Source: a virus
Strand: one strand, 5' to 3'
IMG/VR virus record: IMGVR_UViG_3300047496_000087
Location: 1-40,923 of that record
Length of the DNA stretch: 40,923 bases
Positions 26,243 to 32,743 of the stretch are shown here, one piece after another. A program made the translations under genes and the position numbers. The notes below the pieces were generated by a model. The model searched no databases, was not told where the DNA came from, and saw only the letters and a list, made by a program, of their open reading frames with translations. Each line of letters opens with the position of its first letter. Within the stretch, counting starts at the first letter, position 1.

Positions 26243-26460
26243 TATTCCATATCCCCATCAATTACCATGCAAGGCCAACACCAAGTACCAGCAGGATCTT
26301 CTTTCAAAGCACACGCTTCACCCCCTGCATTAGGATATTCTTTTAATATATTACACGATTCTTTAATGAACTTTATGCGATATTCCTTTAGAGACTTGAT
26401 CTGATCTCTTTCGATTTTCTCATAGTCTACTTCAACGTTCACCCAATCTCCCCATCCCAT
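26242..26460 (-). CDS. Small protein (72 aa), function unknown
   Basis: ORF coupled to the terL start (TAATG overlap). Confidence 0.5.
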   Translation of the reverse strand: MGWGDWVNVEVDYEKIERDQIKSLKEYRIKFIKESCNILKEYPNAGGEACALKEDPAGTWCWPCMVIDGDME

Positions 26461-26681
26461 CTAATATCTGGCTTCTCAACTTCTTCGTGCTTACACTCAT
26501 ATCCTATAACAGCACGCAAGCATCTCATGCCAACAGTCTCTTTGCAAGTCTCACAGTTCTCATTAAGATCGCATAAAGTAACTAAACTCATATGAAAGAA
26601 TCCCTCATACTTCTTATTCAGTTCTTGTAGTGTTGGGCGTAGCTCATTGGCTAACTGTTCCAACAAATGGTCATCGTTCAT
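26439..26681 (-). CDS. Small Cys-rich protein (80 aa from the MNDDHLLEQ start)
   Basis: I prefer the internal ATG, which follows GGAGAG and gives a shorter overlap with the upstream gene. Contains C..N.NC.TC...C...C. Confidence 0.45.
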   Translation of the reverse strand: MNDDHLLEQLANELRPTLQELNKKYEGFFHMSLVTLCDLNENCETCKETVGMRCLRAVIGYECKHEEVEKPDIRWDGEIG

Positions 26682-26898
26682 TGTCTCTCCACGATTTTTT
26701 AATTCTATCCAAATCATTCATAAGATTTTTATTAAATGGAATAGAGCAACTTTTACAAGATTCAACTTTATTCATTAAACCAATTAATGCTGCTCTTAAA
26801 GCATAACTCTCTTGATGCTGCTTGTGCCTACTATCTTTGTATTTATGACGAAGATCATTCAATTCTTTATTAAGAGAATCTATTGTATCTTTATTCAT
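26671..26898 (-). CDS. Small protein (75 aa), function unknown
   Basis: Its ATG overlaps the stop of the 16-codon remnant ORF (TTATGA). Confidence 0.5.
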   Translation of the reverse strand: MNKDTIDSLNKELNDLRHKYKDSRHKQHQESYALRAALIGLMNKVESCKSCSIPFNKNLMNDLDRIKKSWRDNER

Positions 26899-26945
26899 AA
26901 CACCCCCAAGATATCAGACTCTCTCACAAGTTGATGATCGTTCAT
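26895..26945 (-). pseudogene. Duplicated 3' end of the GroES-like gene: a 16-codon remnant ORF MNDHQLVRESDILGVL*
   Basis: About 48 nt are roughly 75-80% identical to 27139-27188, which encodes ...DNHQLVRESDILGVL* at the end of the GroES-like gene. ATGA overlaps occur at both ends. Confidence 0.7.
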
Positions 26946-27142
26946 GGATAACTCCTATTAAATGCCTCTTTAAAAGCGGGACAATCTTTTGAACAATCTA
27001 TGCATTCAGGACAACCGCCTTCTTTAAATATAAATCCACAGTCACCTGATGCAAGATCCTTAAGCCATTCAACCTCTAGTGAATGCCAAACACCTTCCGC
27101 AGTTTTAATCTTAATTATTTCTTTTTCTTTGTGATTAATCAT
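26942..27142 (-). CDS. Small Cys-rich protein (66 aa), bracketed by the duplicated GroES-like 3' ends
   Basis: MINHKEKE...SGDCGFIFKEGGCPECIDCSKDCPAF contains six Cys. Its start overlaps the GroES-like stop (CTATGA). Confidence 0.6.
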   Translation of the reverse strand: MINHKEKEIIKIKTAEGVWHSLEVEWLKDLASGDCGFIFKEGGCPECIDCSKDCPAFKEAFNRSYP

Positions 27143-27390
27143 AGCACACCCAATATATCAGACTCTCTAACCAACTGATGATTATCACTAAGGTCATGCA
27201 TCATGTAATTCTTCGTAATGTACACCATATCGCCAATCTTAAGCGTTGTCTTGGTTGGTACATTGATTACCTTAGCTAGCTGTGATTCTTCTTTCTCTGA
27301 CAAGAATATACCACTTGGTGTGACATCTGATACTACAAGGCGTTCTATAACAACCCAGTTATTGAGCGGGATTAGTTTTGTTAGATCCAT
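27139..27390 (-). CDS. GroES/Cpn10-like co-chaperonin (83 aa)
   Basis: LIPLNNWVVIERLVVSDVTPSGIFLSEKEE...LKIGDMVYIT.......LSDNHQLVRESDILGVL follows the Cpn10 pattern (lkPl.drVlv...t.sGI.l......GD.V......l.re.DILav). TAAGGA RBS. Confidence 0.65.
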   Translation of the reverse strand: MDLTKLIPLNNWVVIERLVVSDVTPSGIFLSEKEESQLAKVINVPTKTTLKIGDMVYITKNYMMHDLSDNHQLVRESDILGVL

Positions 27391-27625
27391 ATTGTTCCTT
27401 AAATTTTATATGATCTTCATAAAGAAGAGCCAAACAAGTTGCAATAGAATAAGAATAGCCCTTAATGAACTCTTCTCGTTCGGCCATAGTTGCACATGAC
27501 TTTATAATACCAATTATTTCTTCGGCACACTTCTCTGAATCTGGCCTTGGATAGTTTTCATTAAGAAATGCTTCTACTTCAGGACTGCACCTGCCCAAAT
27601 CAACCCATTCACGCCTTAGGTCCAT
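27359..27625 (-). CDS. Small protein (88 aa), function unknown
   Basis: Start chosen at the ATG preceded by AAAGGACAAC. The track start is a TTG. Confidence 0.5.
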   Translation of the reverse strand: MDLRREWVDLGRCSPEVEAFLNENYPRPDSEKCAEEIIGIIKSCATMAEREEFIKGYSYSIATCLALLYEDHIKFKEQYGSNKTNPAQ

Positions 27626-27878
27626 GTTGTCCTTTCTTTGGTAATTGAGCAGCCTGTACAAGTGGCTTATTCTCTAATGTCTTTATGATATCCTTAAGGG
27701 TCTGAATCTCTCTCTCTTTCTCATGCATATGGTACTCAAGGATGGCCTTAGACTCCTGTATCTCTGAAGTCAGAGTCAACACCAAGCAATCAAGCTCACG
27801 TGTTCTCTTTTGTAATTCTGTCACCTGTAGTTGCAGAATTGTATTGTCTTGCTTACAGTTACCAAAATGAAATAACAT
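27609..27878 (-). CDS. Coiled-coil protein (89 aa), function unknown
   Basis: I prefer the internal ATG preceded by TAAGGAAG. Confidence 0.45.
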   Translation of the reverse strand: MLFHFGNCKQDNTILQLQVTELQKRTRELDCLVLTLTSEIQESKAILEYHMHEKEREIQTLKDIIKTLENKPLVQAAQLPKKGQHGPKA

Positions 27879-27894
27879 AATCTTCCTTAAGCTA

Positions 27895-28188
27895 CTAAAC
27901 TGCATAAGTTTGCTCTTTATTTAATTTAGCATCGCAAGTGCATTTATCATGAAACTGATTAAGCAATGCCGTTAATTCATTAACCCTATTACTATGATCA
28001 ATAACCAATTGCTTAAGGACATCAATCTGAATCCAAAGACTTTCATTAGATTCATGTAAATGTTTATTGTAAAGATTCGTAGAAACATTAGCTCTCTTAA
28101 ACTCTTCAAAATCTTTCTGAGTATATATTTTATGTATATTTCTAAGTTGTTGTTCAGCCAATACTTTTTCTTCATCACTCAATTGCAT
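27895..28188 (-). CDS. Coiled-coil protein (97 aa), function unknown
   Basis: ATG start preceded by GGGAGAG. Confidence 0.5.
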   Translation of the reverse strand: MQLSDEEKVLAEQQLRNIHKIYTQKDFEEFKRANVSTNLYNKHLHESNESLWIQIDVLKQLVIDHSNRVNELTALLNQFHDKCTCDAKLNKEQTYAV

Positions 28189-28705
28189 CAATCTCTCCCT
28201 TCAACTGCTCAGGCGTAATTACTTCCGGCTTGCTTATAACGATGTTAAACGTTGTAGGAACATTCTTATCATCAGTGCTCATATCTTTATGATACTTGTT
28301 AATAAAATGCCATTCAGGATCATATAAATGAAGATCCCTAAGTATCATAGTCTCACTAAACTTTTTATGAACAGCACCCATTCTACGCTTTGTAGCTAAG
28401 TGTAATTTAACATTTGTGTAAGCAGACTTTAATTCTGGGTATTCATCAATCCAGTTATTTAGAGTCTGATAGGGCAACTTATAATGCATGCAGAATTGGT
28501 TAATTTCTAACGACTCTTCACGGTCTACCCATCTATACAGAGTGTGGATCAATCTCTGTCTCCATTCAGGGTCTTTAGGCTTCCTTAAACAGTGTAAATC
28601 ATGCTCAGAAGCAATATATGTATCAGGAATTGCTATCTCTAAGGGATCAATATAAGATTGGGGGGTTTTGGGAGAAGCTTTTACAACAGCTTGTTTAGCC
28701 ATCAT
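28175..28705 (-). CDS. HTH protein resembling a terminase small subunit (176 aa)
   Basis: ...SLEINQFCMHYKLPYQTLNNWIDEYPELKSAYTNVKLHLATKRRMG... resembles the HTH region of small terminases (fc...gi...t...W....peF..a). It lies about 2 kb from terL. Confidence 0.45.
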   Translation of the reverse strand: MMAKQAVVKASPKTPQSYIDPLEIAIPDTYIASEHDLHCLRKPKDPEWRQRLIHTLYRWVDREESLEINQFCMHYKLPYQTLNNWIDEYPELKSAYTNVKLHLATKRRMGAVHKKFSETMILRDLHLYDPEWHFINKYHKDMSTDDKNVPTTFNIVISKPEVITPEQLKGEIDAIE

Positions 28706-29109
28706 TCAACCTCTATTATGGTTAAAAGTACATGTGGTAGTTCATCATTTGCGTACATCTTCTTAGCTGTCAAACTGCAAATAATTCTGTCATCCTGTAA
28801 TACTCCACACTTGACAAGAGCATCAAGGTAGAACTTAGCAAGATTATCAATATCAGGCACGTTGCTGTGATAAATAATCTTGTGTGACTTGCCATGAGAC
28901 TTAGGTCTCTGGAAATAGAACTCTGCTTCAACTGCTATTGGCCTTTCAAATGGCGCTTCATTATTATGCTGTGAATTCAAGCTTATACCAACGCAAAGCT
29001 TTTCCTTAGCCTGGGTATCAAAGCTACTTCTTCCTCGCTTGCCTGGTCTATTCCATGCTATAGGAGGGATATCTATTCTATATTCTTTTCTTCTGAGTCC
29101 TGGTTGCAT
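28702..29109 (-). CDS. rusA: RusA-family Holliday junction resolvase (135 aa)
   Basis: ...VEAEFYFQRPKSH...NVPDIDNLAKFYLDALVKCGVLQDDRIICSLTAKKMYA carries the RusA catalytic Asp motifs (D.DN..K...D.L.....DD). Confidence 0.75.
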   Translation of the reverse strand: MQPGLRRKEYRIDIPPIAWNRPGKRGRSSFDTQAKEKLCVGISLNSQHNNEAPFERPIAVEAEFYFQRPKSHGKSHKIIYHSNVPDIDNLAKFYLDALVKCGVLQDDRIICSLTAKKMYANDELPHVLLTIIEVE

Positions 29110-29134
29110 GATGTTCCTTTTTTAGTATTAATGT

Positions 29135-29512
29135 TTAGTGTTTAATAAACCCTTTTTCTAGAAAAGACAATCCTTTTTCAGTTAATTCATAATTCCCTAT
29201 CTCATCAACATCTTTACTTTCTTCGGTCATATCCTTAACAAAAGTAATAAATGCCTCAATGGTGTTTCCACTCTCATTTTCTATTTCTTTTTTAAGCTGT
29301 TTATTCGTAGCCAATTCTTGTAAATGGAGATCTTTAAAATCAGAACAAAGCATTCTAATTTCAAACATCAATCCATTTACCCATTTTTCGTTAGATCTTT
29401 TCCACTTCATGCTTTCTGCAATGCTATATAAACCAATGATAAGAAGTGATCTATGAATAAGAGGTTCATTAATATAAAGAGAGTTATGCTGTGTAATATC
29501 CGTCGTATTCAT
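29135..29512 (-). CDS. Hypothetical protein (125 aa from the first ATG)
   Basis: ORF. The track start is a TTG, so I used the first ATG. Confidence 0.5.
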   Translation of the reverse strand: MNTTDITQHNSLYINEPLIHRSLLIIGLYSIAESMKWKRSNEKWVNGLMFEIRMLCSDFKDLHLQELATNKQLKKEIENESGNTIEAFITFVKDMTEESKDVDEIGNYELTEKGLSFLEKGFIKH

Positions 29513-29693
29513 TGCTGTGATCCCATCGTTGTTCAAGTTTATCTATTATACCATTACACTGTGCAAGTTGAGCTTCTAAAGCTGGTCTTGCTAAAATGCG
29601 GAACTCATTTCTTTCTTCGCCACTGTCTATCTTTTTTATCATCTCTTGAAGCTTATATTGCTCTGATCGTAGCCGTGGAAGTAAATTGCTCAT
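29484..29693 (-). CDS. Small helical protein (69 aa)
   Basis: ORF with an RBS-like GAGGAATC immediately upstream of the ATG. Confidence 0.5.
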   Translation of the reverse strand: MSNLLPRLRSEQYKLQEMIKKIDSGEERNEFRILARPALEAQLAQCNGIIDKLEQRWDHSNEYDGYYTA

Positions 29694-29719
29694 GATTCCT
29701 CAAAGGGTAAGAATTAAAC

Positions 29720-30400
29720 TTATCCTTCTGATTGTACCACATTTTCTTCTAGTTGTCTTATTTCTTCCATCCATTCCTCAATCTCACGAGTGAACTTCTT
29801 CTTAGTCATAGCATCAAGTTCCTCCAAAAACCCCTTGCGCTCACTCTTCTTAGCTTCAATTTCTACAATAAGCATGAAATTTCTCTTAATCCACTCTCCT
29901 AATCTTTCTATTTTGTGATGAACTGGTTGCTTATCTAATTCAATAGGATGGTGATCTGGAACAATATAACTTTGCTGGTGAAGCAACTTTTTAGTGATTG
30001 TTTTATTGTCAAATTCTAAAGCATCGTAAACAACGGGGGTATTGGGATCTTCTTCAGAAAATCTATCTATGTTTAGAGTGGCACATATCGTTGAATAAAA
30101 TGCCCAATCTGGCTTTATCCCTCGATCTTTACACCAATTATTGAGGATGCCAATCATCCATTTAAAAGTATCTTTAACATTTGGGCGCGCTTGATATTGT
30201 TCATACCCATAAACAAGTGCTTCTTCTGGAAATGCAAGGAGCCTATAAGACTGATTTTCAGTAAAATACAATTCACCTCTAAAATTGAGCATGATTGGAG
30301 GAAAAATATTATCCCTACCCTTTTCACTTAAAATTAGATTTCTTGCAACATCAGTGCCTTCGTGTTTGTAAAACCATTGCTTCTGTTCTTGTGTTAGCAT
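29720..30400 (-). CDS. Hypothetical protein (226 aa); first gene downstream of the repeat-rich intergenic hub
   Basis: ORF with no recognisable motif. A role in replication initiation is suggested by position only. Confidence 0.55.
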   Translation of the reverse strand: MLTQEQKQWFYKHEGTDVARNLILSEKGRDNIFPPIMLNFRGELYFTENQSYRLLAFPEEALVYGYEQYQARPNVKDTFKWMIGILNNWCKDRGIKPDWAFYSTICATLNIDRFSEEDPNTPVVYDALEFDNKTITKKLLHQQSYIVPDHHPIELDKQPVHHKIERLGEWIKRNFMLIVEIEAKKSERKGFLEELDAMTKKKFTREIEEWMEEIRQLEENVVQSEG

Positions 30401-30454
30401 CTCATTTACCTTTTTGTGGGAATTCTTCTCTTTTTAAACTTGTTTAAATATCTA

Positions 30455-30635
30455 GGACCTTTCTTGATCATCTGGACCTCGCGTGCGCGCATATACGTAC
30501 GTGTGTGTCATGTACAAGAAGAAGGTCCGGAGAAGGTCCGGAGTTTTTAAAAAAACTAGGCAGATTAAAATACTCTCTACGTAGAAGAAGATATTAATAT
30601 CTTTAGTCTTATTCCGGAATCCGGAACACGCGCGC
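30455..30635. promoter_or_regulatory. Cluster of symmetric and repeated elements; candidate origin or control region
   Basis: GGACCT x2 (30455, 30474) is inverted relative to the tandem AAGGTCCGGAG x2 (30522-30543). A 29-nt perfectly alternating pyrimidine-purine tract spans 30480-30508. A 16-bp palindrome AAGATATTAATATCTT lies at 30588-30603. TCCGGAA x2 lies at 30613-30626, followed by CACGCGCGC. Confidence 0.45.
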
Positions 30636-30854
30636 AAAGCGTAATCACTTGGAATTGTCAATAGTTCTTTAGATTCGAGTTTGGTTGAGGTAAAAAGAGT
30701 AAAAGTGCCGTAGCATACAGCTTTTATTTGACTTTTGATTTGTGCATGGCATACTAAAGACATAATACAACTGCTCTCTAAAGTGTTGTGTTGGTTAAAG
30801 AACTTACCGCACTGCTTATTATCATGCCGTAAGTATCAAAATATATATTTGGAA

Positions 30855-30879
30855 GCTCAGGTCACACACCTGGGCTTTT
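30855..30879 (+). terminator. Terminator-like hairpin on the plus strand, upstream of the plus-strand gene
   Basis: Stem GCTCAGGT / ACCTGGGC (8 bp including one G.T), loop CACAC, followed by TTTT. It lies 44 nt upstream of the ATG at 30923. Confidence 0.4.
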
Positions 30880-30922
30880 GAATTTTCTAATCATTCAACC
30901 CCAGTATCGTAAAGGAAAATCC

Positions 30923-31195
30923 ATGAAAAATCTACTTATATTGTCATTATTTCCAGCAACACTCTGTGCCATGGAAGAAGAATTGAATAGAACTCCTAAT
31001 ACAAGTCATCTCTCATCCATCAAAAACAACCATCAACGTTCTCAAACACCCATCCAAACTGACCATGCAACATTAAAGCGCAGCGCTGCTATATGGAATG
31101 TCCATCAAGCATACATTGCTGAGCAATTCTCAGATCTTGCAGCACTGGCTAAATTTGATCATGATTCGTCAGAATTGACAGAACCTAAAAAGTAA
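30923..31195 (+). CDS. Secreted small protein (90 aa) with a signal peptide; lone plus-strand gene
   Basis: Start at MKNLLILSLFPATLCA|MEE..., preceded by an AAAGGAAAATCC RBS. A plus-strand terminator follows. Confidence 0.6.
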   Translation: MKNLLILSLFPATLCAMEEELNRTPNTSHLSSIKNNHQRSQTPIQTDHATLKRSAAIWNVHQAYIAEQFSDLAALAKFDHDSSELTEPKK

Positions 31196-31247
31196 TTACA
31201 ATCTTCGTTGATTGATAAGTGGCTTCATCCCACTATCTCTCCTTTTT

Positions 31248-31292
31248 TCCCCATGAAGACTTAAAACGCCGTCATGGGGATTATTTATTTTC
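31248..31292 (+). terminator. Rho-independent terminator (plus strand); also copy 1 of the early junction motif
   Basis: Stem CCCCATGA / TCATGGGG (8-9 bp), followed by ATTATTTATTTT. Confidence 0.6.
31261..31283 (-). repeat. Early-region junction motif, copy 1 (orphan, no gene downstream)
   Basis: Plus strand: ttaaaacgccgtcatggggatta. Minus-sense consensus: TAATCCCCA..ACGGCGTTT(T)AAGGA. Confidence 0.7.
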
Positions 31293-31715
31293 TATAAATA
31301 CTTTTATAAGTAAATCATCAAATTTCTTATCAATATTTTTAGGGAACTTAAGATTGAAATAATTCATAAACAAATCAATACGATTAAGATCATCCAATGG
31401 ATAGTTTGCTAAGGGATATTCCAATCTCATAAATAAATGAAATAACGACTCATTGTCTTCTTTTAATTGCATTAAAATATCATAAGCATGCGGGTAATGA
31501 TGCTGCATTAACTTATGAGTATTAGTTGCGATCAAGGATTTTTCATCCAATGACGCTGGTGAATCAATTCGCTTAGAACTTTTTAAAGCTTTCATAAACT
31601 TATAACCTAAAGATCTATATTGATCTCCAAGCATTTCATTATCTTCTTTCAGCTTCTTTATTCTCTGTTCATAAGAATTAATAATTTTATCAACATCAGA
31701 TTTCCAAACAATCAT
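31281..31715 (-). CDS. Early protein (144 aa), function unknown
   Basis: ORF preceded by junction motif copy 2, which supplies the RBS (TAAGGATAAAG before the ATG). Confidence 0.6.
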   Translation of the reverse strand: MIVWKSDVDKIINSYEQRIKKLKEDNEMLGDQYRSLGYKFMKALKSSKRIDSPASLDEKSLIATNTHKLMQHHYPHAYDILMQLKEDNESLFHLFMRLEYPLANYPLDDLNRIDLFMNYFNLKFPKNIDKKFDDLLIKVFIENK

Positions 31716-31723
31716 CTTTATCC

Positions 31724-31745
31724 TTAAACGCCGTTATGGGGATTT
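31724..31745 (-). repeat. Early-region junction motif, copy 2
   Basis: Plus strand: ttaaacgccgttatggggattt, located 8 nt 5' of the ATG in gene sense. Confidence 0.7.
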
Positions 31746-31762
31746 CTTTTATTCAGGAATAT

Positions 31763-32053
31763 TCATCTCGATCTTTTAACCGACTCAATTAGATCACCAA
31801 GATCTTTCCAACGTTCATTCAAATCATTCTTTTCTTTTTCTATTTTGAGTTGGGTTTCAAGTTCTTTAATGCGTTTTTCTTTAATAGAAATAAGTTCATG
31901 TGATTCCTTAAGATAAAGATTCTTTCTTAACCAATTAAAATAATCATATTCTTTATCTTCAAGCTCTTTAATTCTTTCATCTTGTTTTTCTATGACTTCC
32001 TGCAACATCATTATTGCTTTAGTCGCAGAAGTCTCCCATCCGTATATCTTCAT
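31763..32053 (-). CDS. Early coiled-coil protein (96 aa), function unknown
   Basis: ORF preceded by junction motif copy 3. Confidence 0.6.
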   Translation of the reverse strand: MKIYGWETSATKAIMMLQEVIEKQDERIKELEDKEYDYFNWLRKNLYLKESHELISIKEKRIKELETQLKIEKEKNDLNERWKDLGDLIESVKRSR

Positions 32054-32062
32054 TTTTATTCC

Positions 32063-32085
32063 TTAAACGCCAACACTGAGGATTA
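32063..32085 (-). repeat. Early-region junction motif, copy 3
   Basis: Plus strand: ttaaacgccaacactgaggatta. It contains the TAA stop of the upstream gene and the RBS of the downstream gene. Confidence 0.7.
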
Positions 32086-32376
32086 TTTTTGACTCCATAG
32101 GAGCAATCTAATTAATCCAAAGTATGACATATATTCGTCGCTATTAAGATGGCAACAATAACTAGCAAACTCTTCCCAATGAGGTTCTATATCTTTGGCA
32201 GCATCGACCATAACCTTATAAAGATCTTTAGGATCAACACTTTCCCATTGAATATGTTCCTTAATGAAATCTACTCTTGAGGTAAAGAATTGGTAGGGAT
32301 AGCCATATTTTTGTTTAGTATAAGGATAACATTCTCTTATATACTGCAACTTGTCTTTTATAATTTCAATCTTCAT
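32083..32376 (-). CDS. Early protein (97 aa), function unknown
   Basis: ORF preceded by junction motif copy 4. Confidence 0.6.
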   Translation of the reverse strand: MKIEIIKDKLQYIRECYPYTKQKYGYPYQFFTSRVDFIKEHIQWESVDPKDLYKVMVDAAKDIEPHWEEFASYCCHLNSDEYMSYFGLIRLLLWSQK

Positions 32377-32384
32377 CTTTATCC

Positions 32385-32410
32385 TTAAAACGCCGACACT
32401 GGGGTTATTA
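32385..32410 (-). repeat. Early-region junction motif, copy 4
   Basis: Plus strand: ttaaaacgccgacactggggttatta. Confidence 0.7.
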
Positions 32411-32411
32411 T

Positions 32412-32537
32412 TTAAATTACTATCGATTTAATCAGTAATATTAAACGACAAACACTAGCAAAAATGAAACAACCCATAGCTATTTTAAAACAAAGATAAG
32501 CTTTATCTAATTCATTTGAGCATTTGCACATCTTCAT
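32412..32537 (-). CDS. Possible small membrane protein (41 aa; below the ORF-track cutoff)
   Basis: MKMCKCSNELDKAYLCFKIAMGCFIFASVCRLILLIKSIVI fills an otherwise empty 164-nt gap. An AGGTG sits adjacent to the start. The C-terminus is hydrophobic. Confidence 0.3.
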   Translation of the reverse strand: MKMCKCSNELDKAYLCFKIAMGCFIFASVCRLILLIKSIVI

Positions 32538-32540
32538 CAC

Positions 32541-32741
32541 CTAGATGTTATGAATACATTCTTCTCGTGATGGACAATTTTTATGTCTATTCTTTATGAA
32601 GTTTCCCCCACCGAATTCTTCTACATTCTCACAGTGAACATCCAAACACATTATGTGTATATTATCCAATGATAAGTTTTTATATTTTTGCATAACATCC
32701 GAATATTTCTTTTTCATATTCTGGCAACTATCACAAATCAT
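32541..32741 (-). CDS. Small Cys-rich, zinc-finger-like protein (66 aa)
   Basis: Start at the ATG preceded by GGAAGGAATAGGG, 2 nt after the ERF stop. Translation: MICDSCQN...CLDVHCEN...HKNCPSREEC. Confidence 0.55.
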   Translation of the reverse strand: MICDSCQNMKKKYSDVMQKYKNLSLDNIHIMCLDVHCENVEEFGGGNFIKNRHKNCPSREECIHNI

Positions 32742-32743
32742 CC

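Noticed and set aside
30452-30763. 103-aa minus-strand ORF in the large intergenic region
   Set aside because: It has no Shine-Dalgarno sequence. It spans the palindromes, the tandem repeats and the alternating Pu-Py tract. Its composition is odd (HTYVYARTRGPDD comes from the CGCG/TGTG tract). It is more likely non-coding.
31248-32410. The four junction-motif copies as a CRISPR-like array
   Set aside because: The spacing is irregular (about 460, 340 and 320 bp). The intervals are protein-coding genes, and the motif carries a stop codon and an RBS. There are no cas genes.
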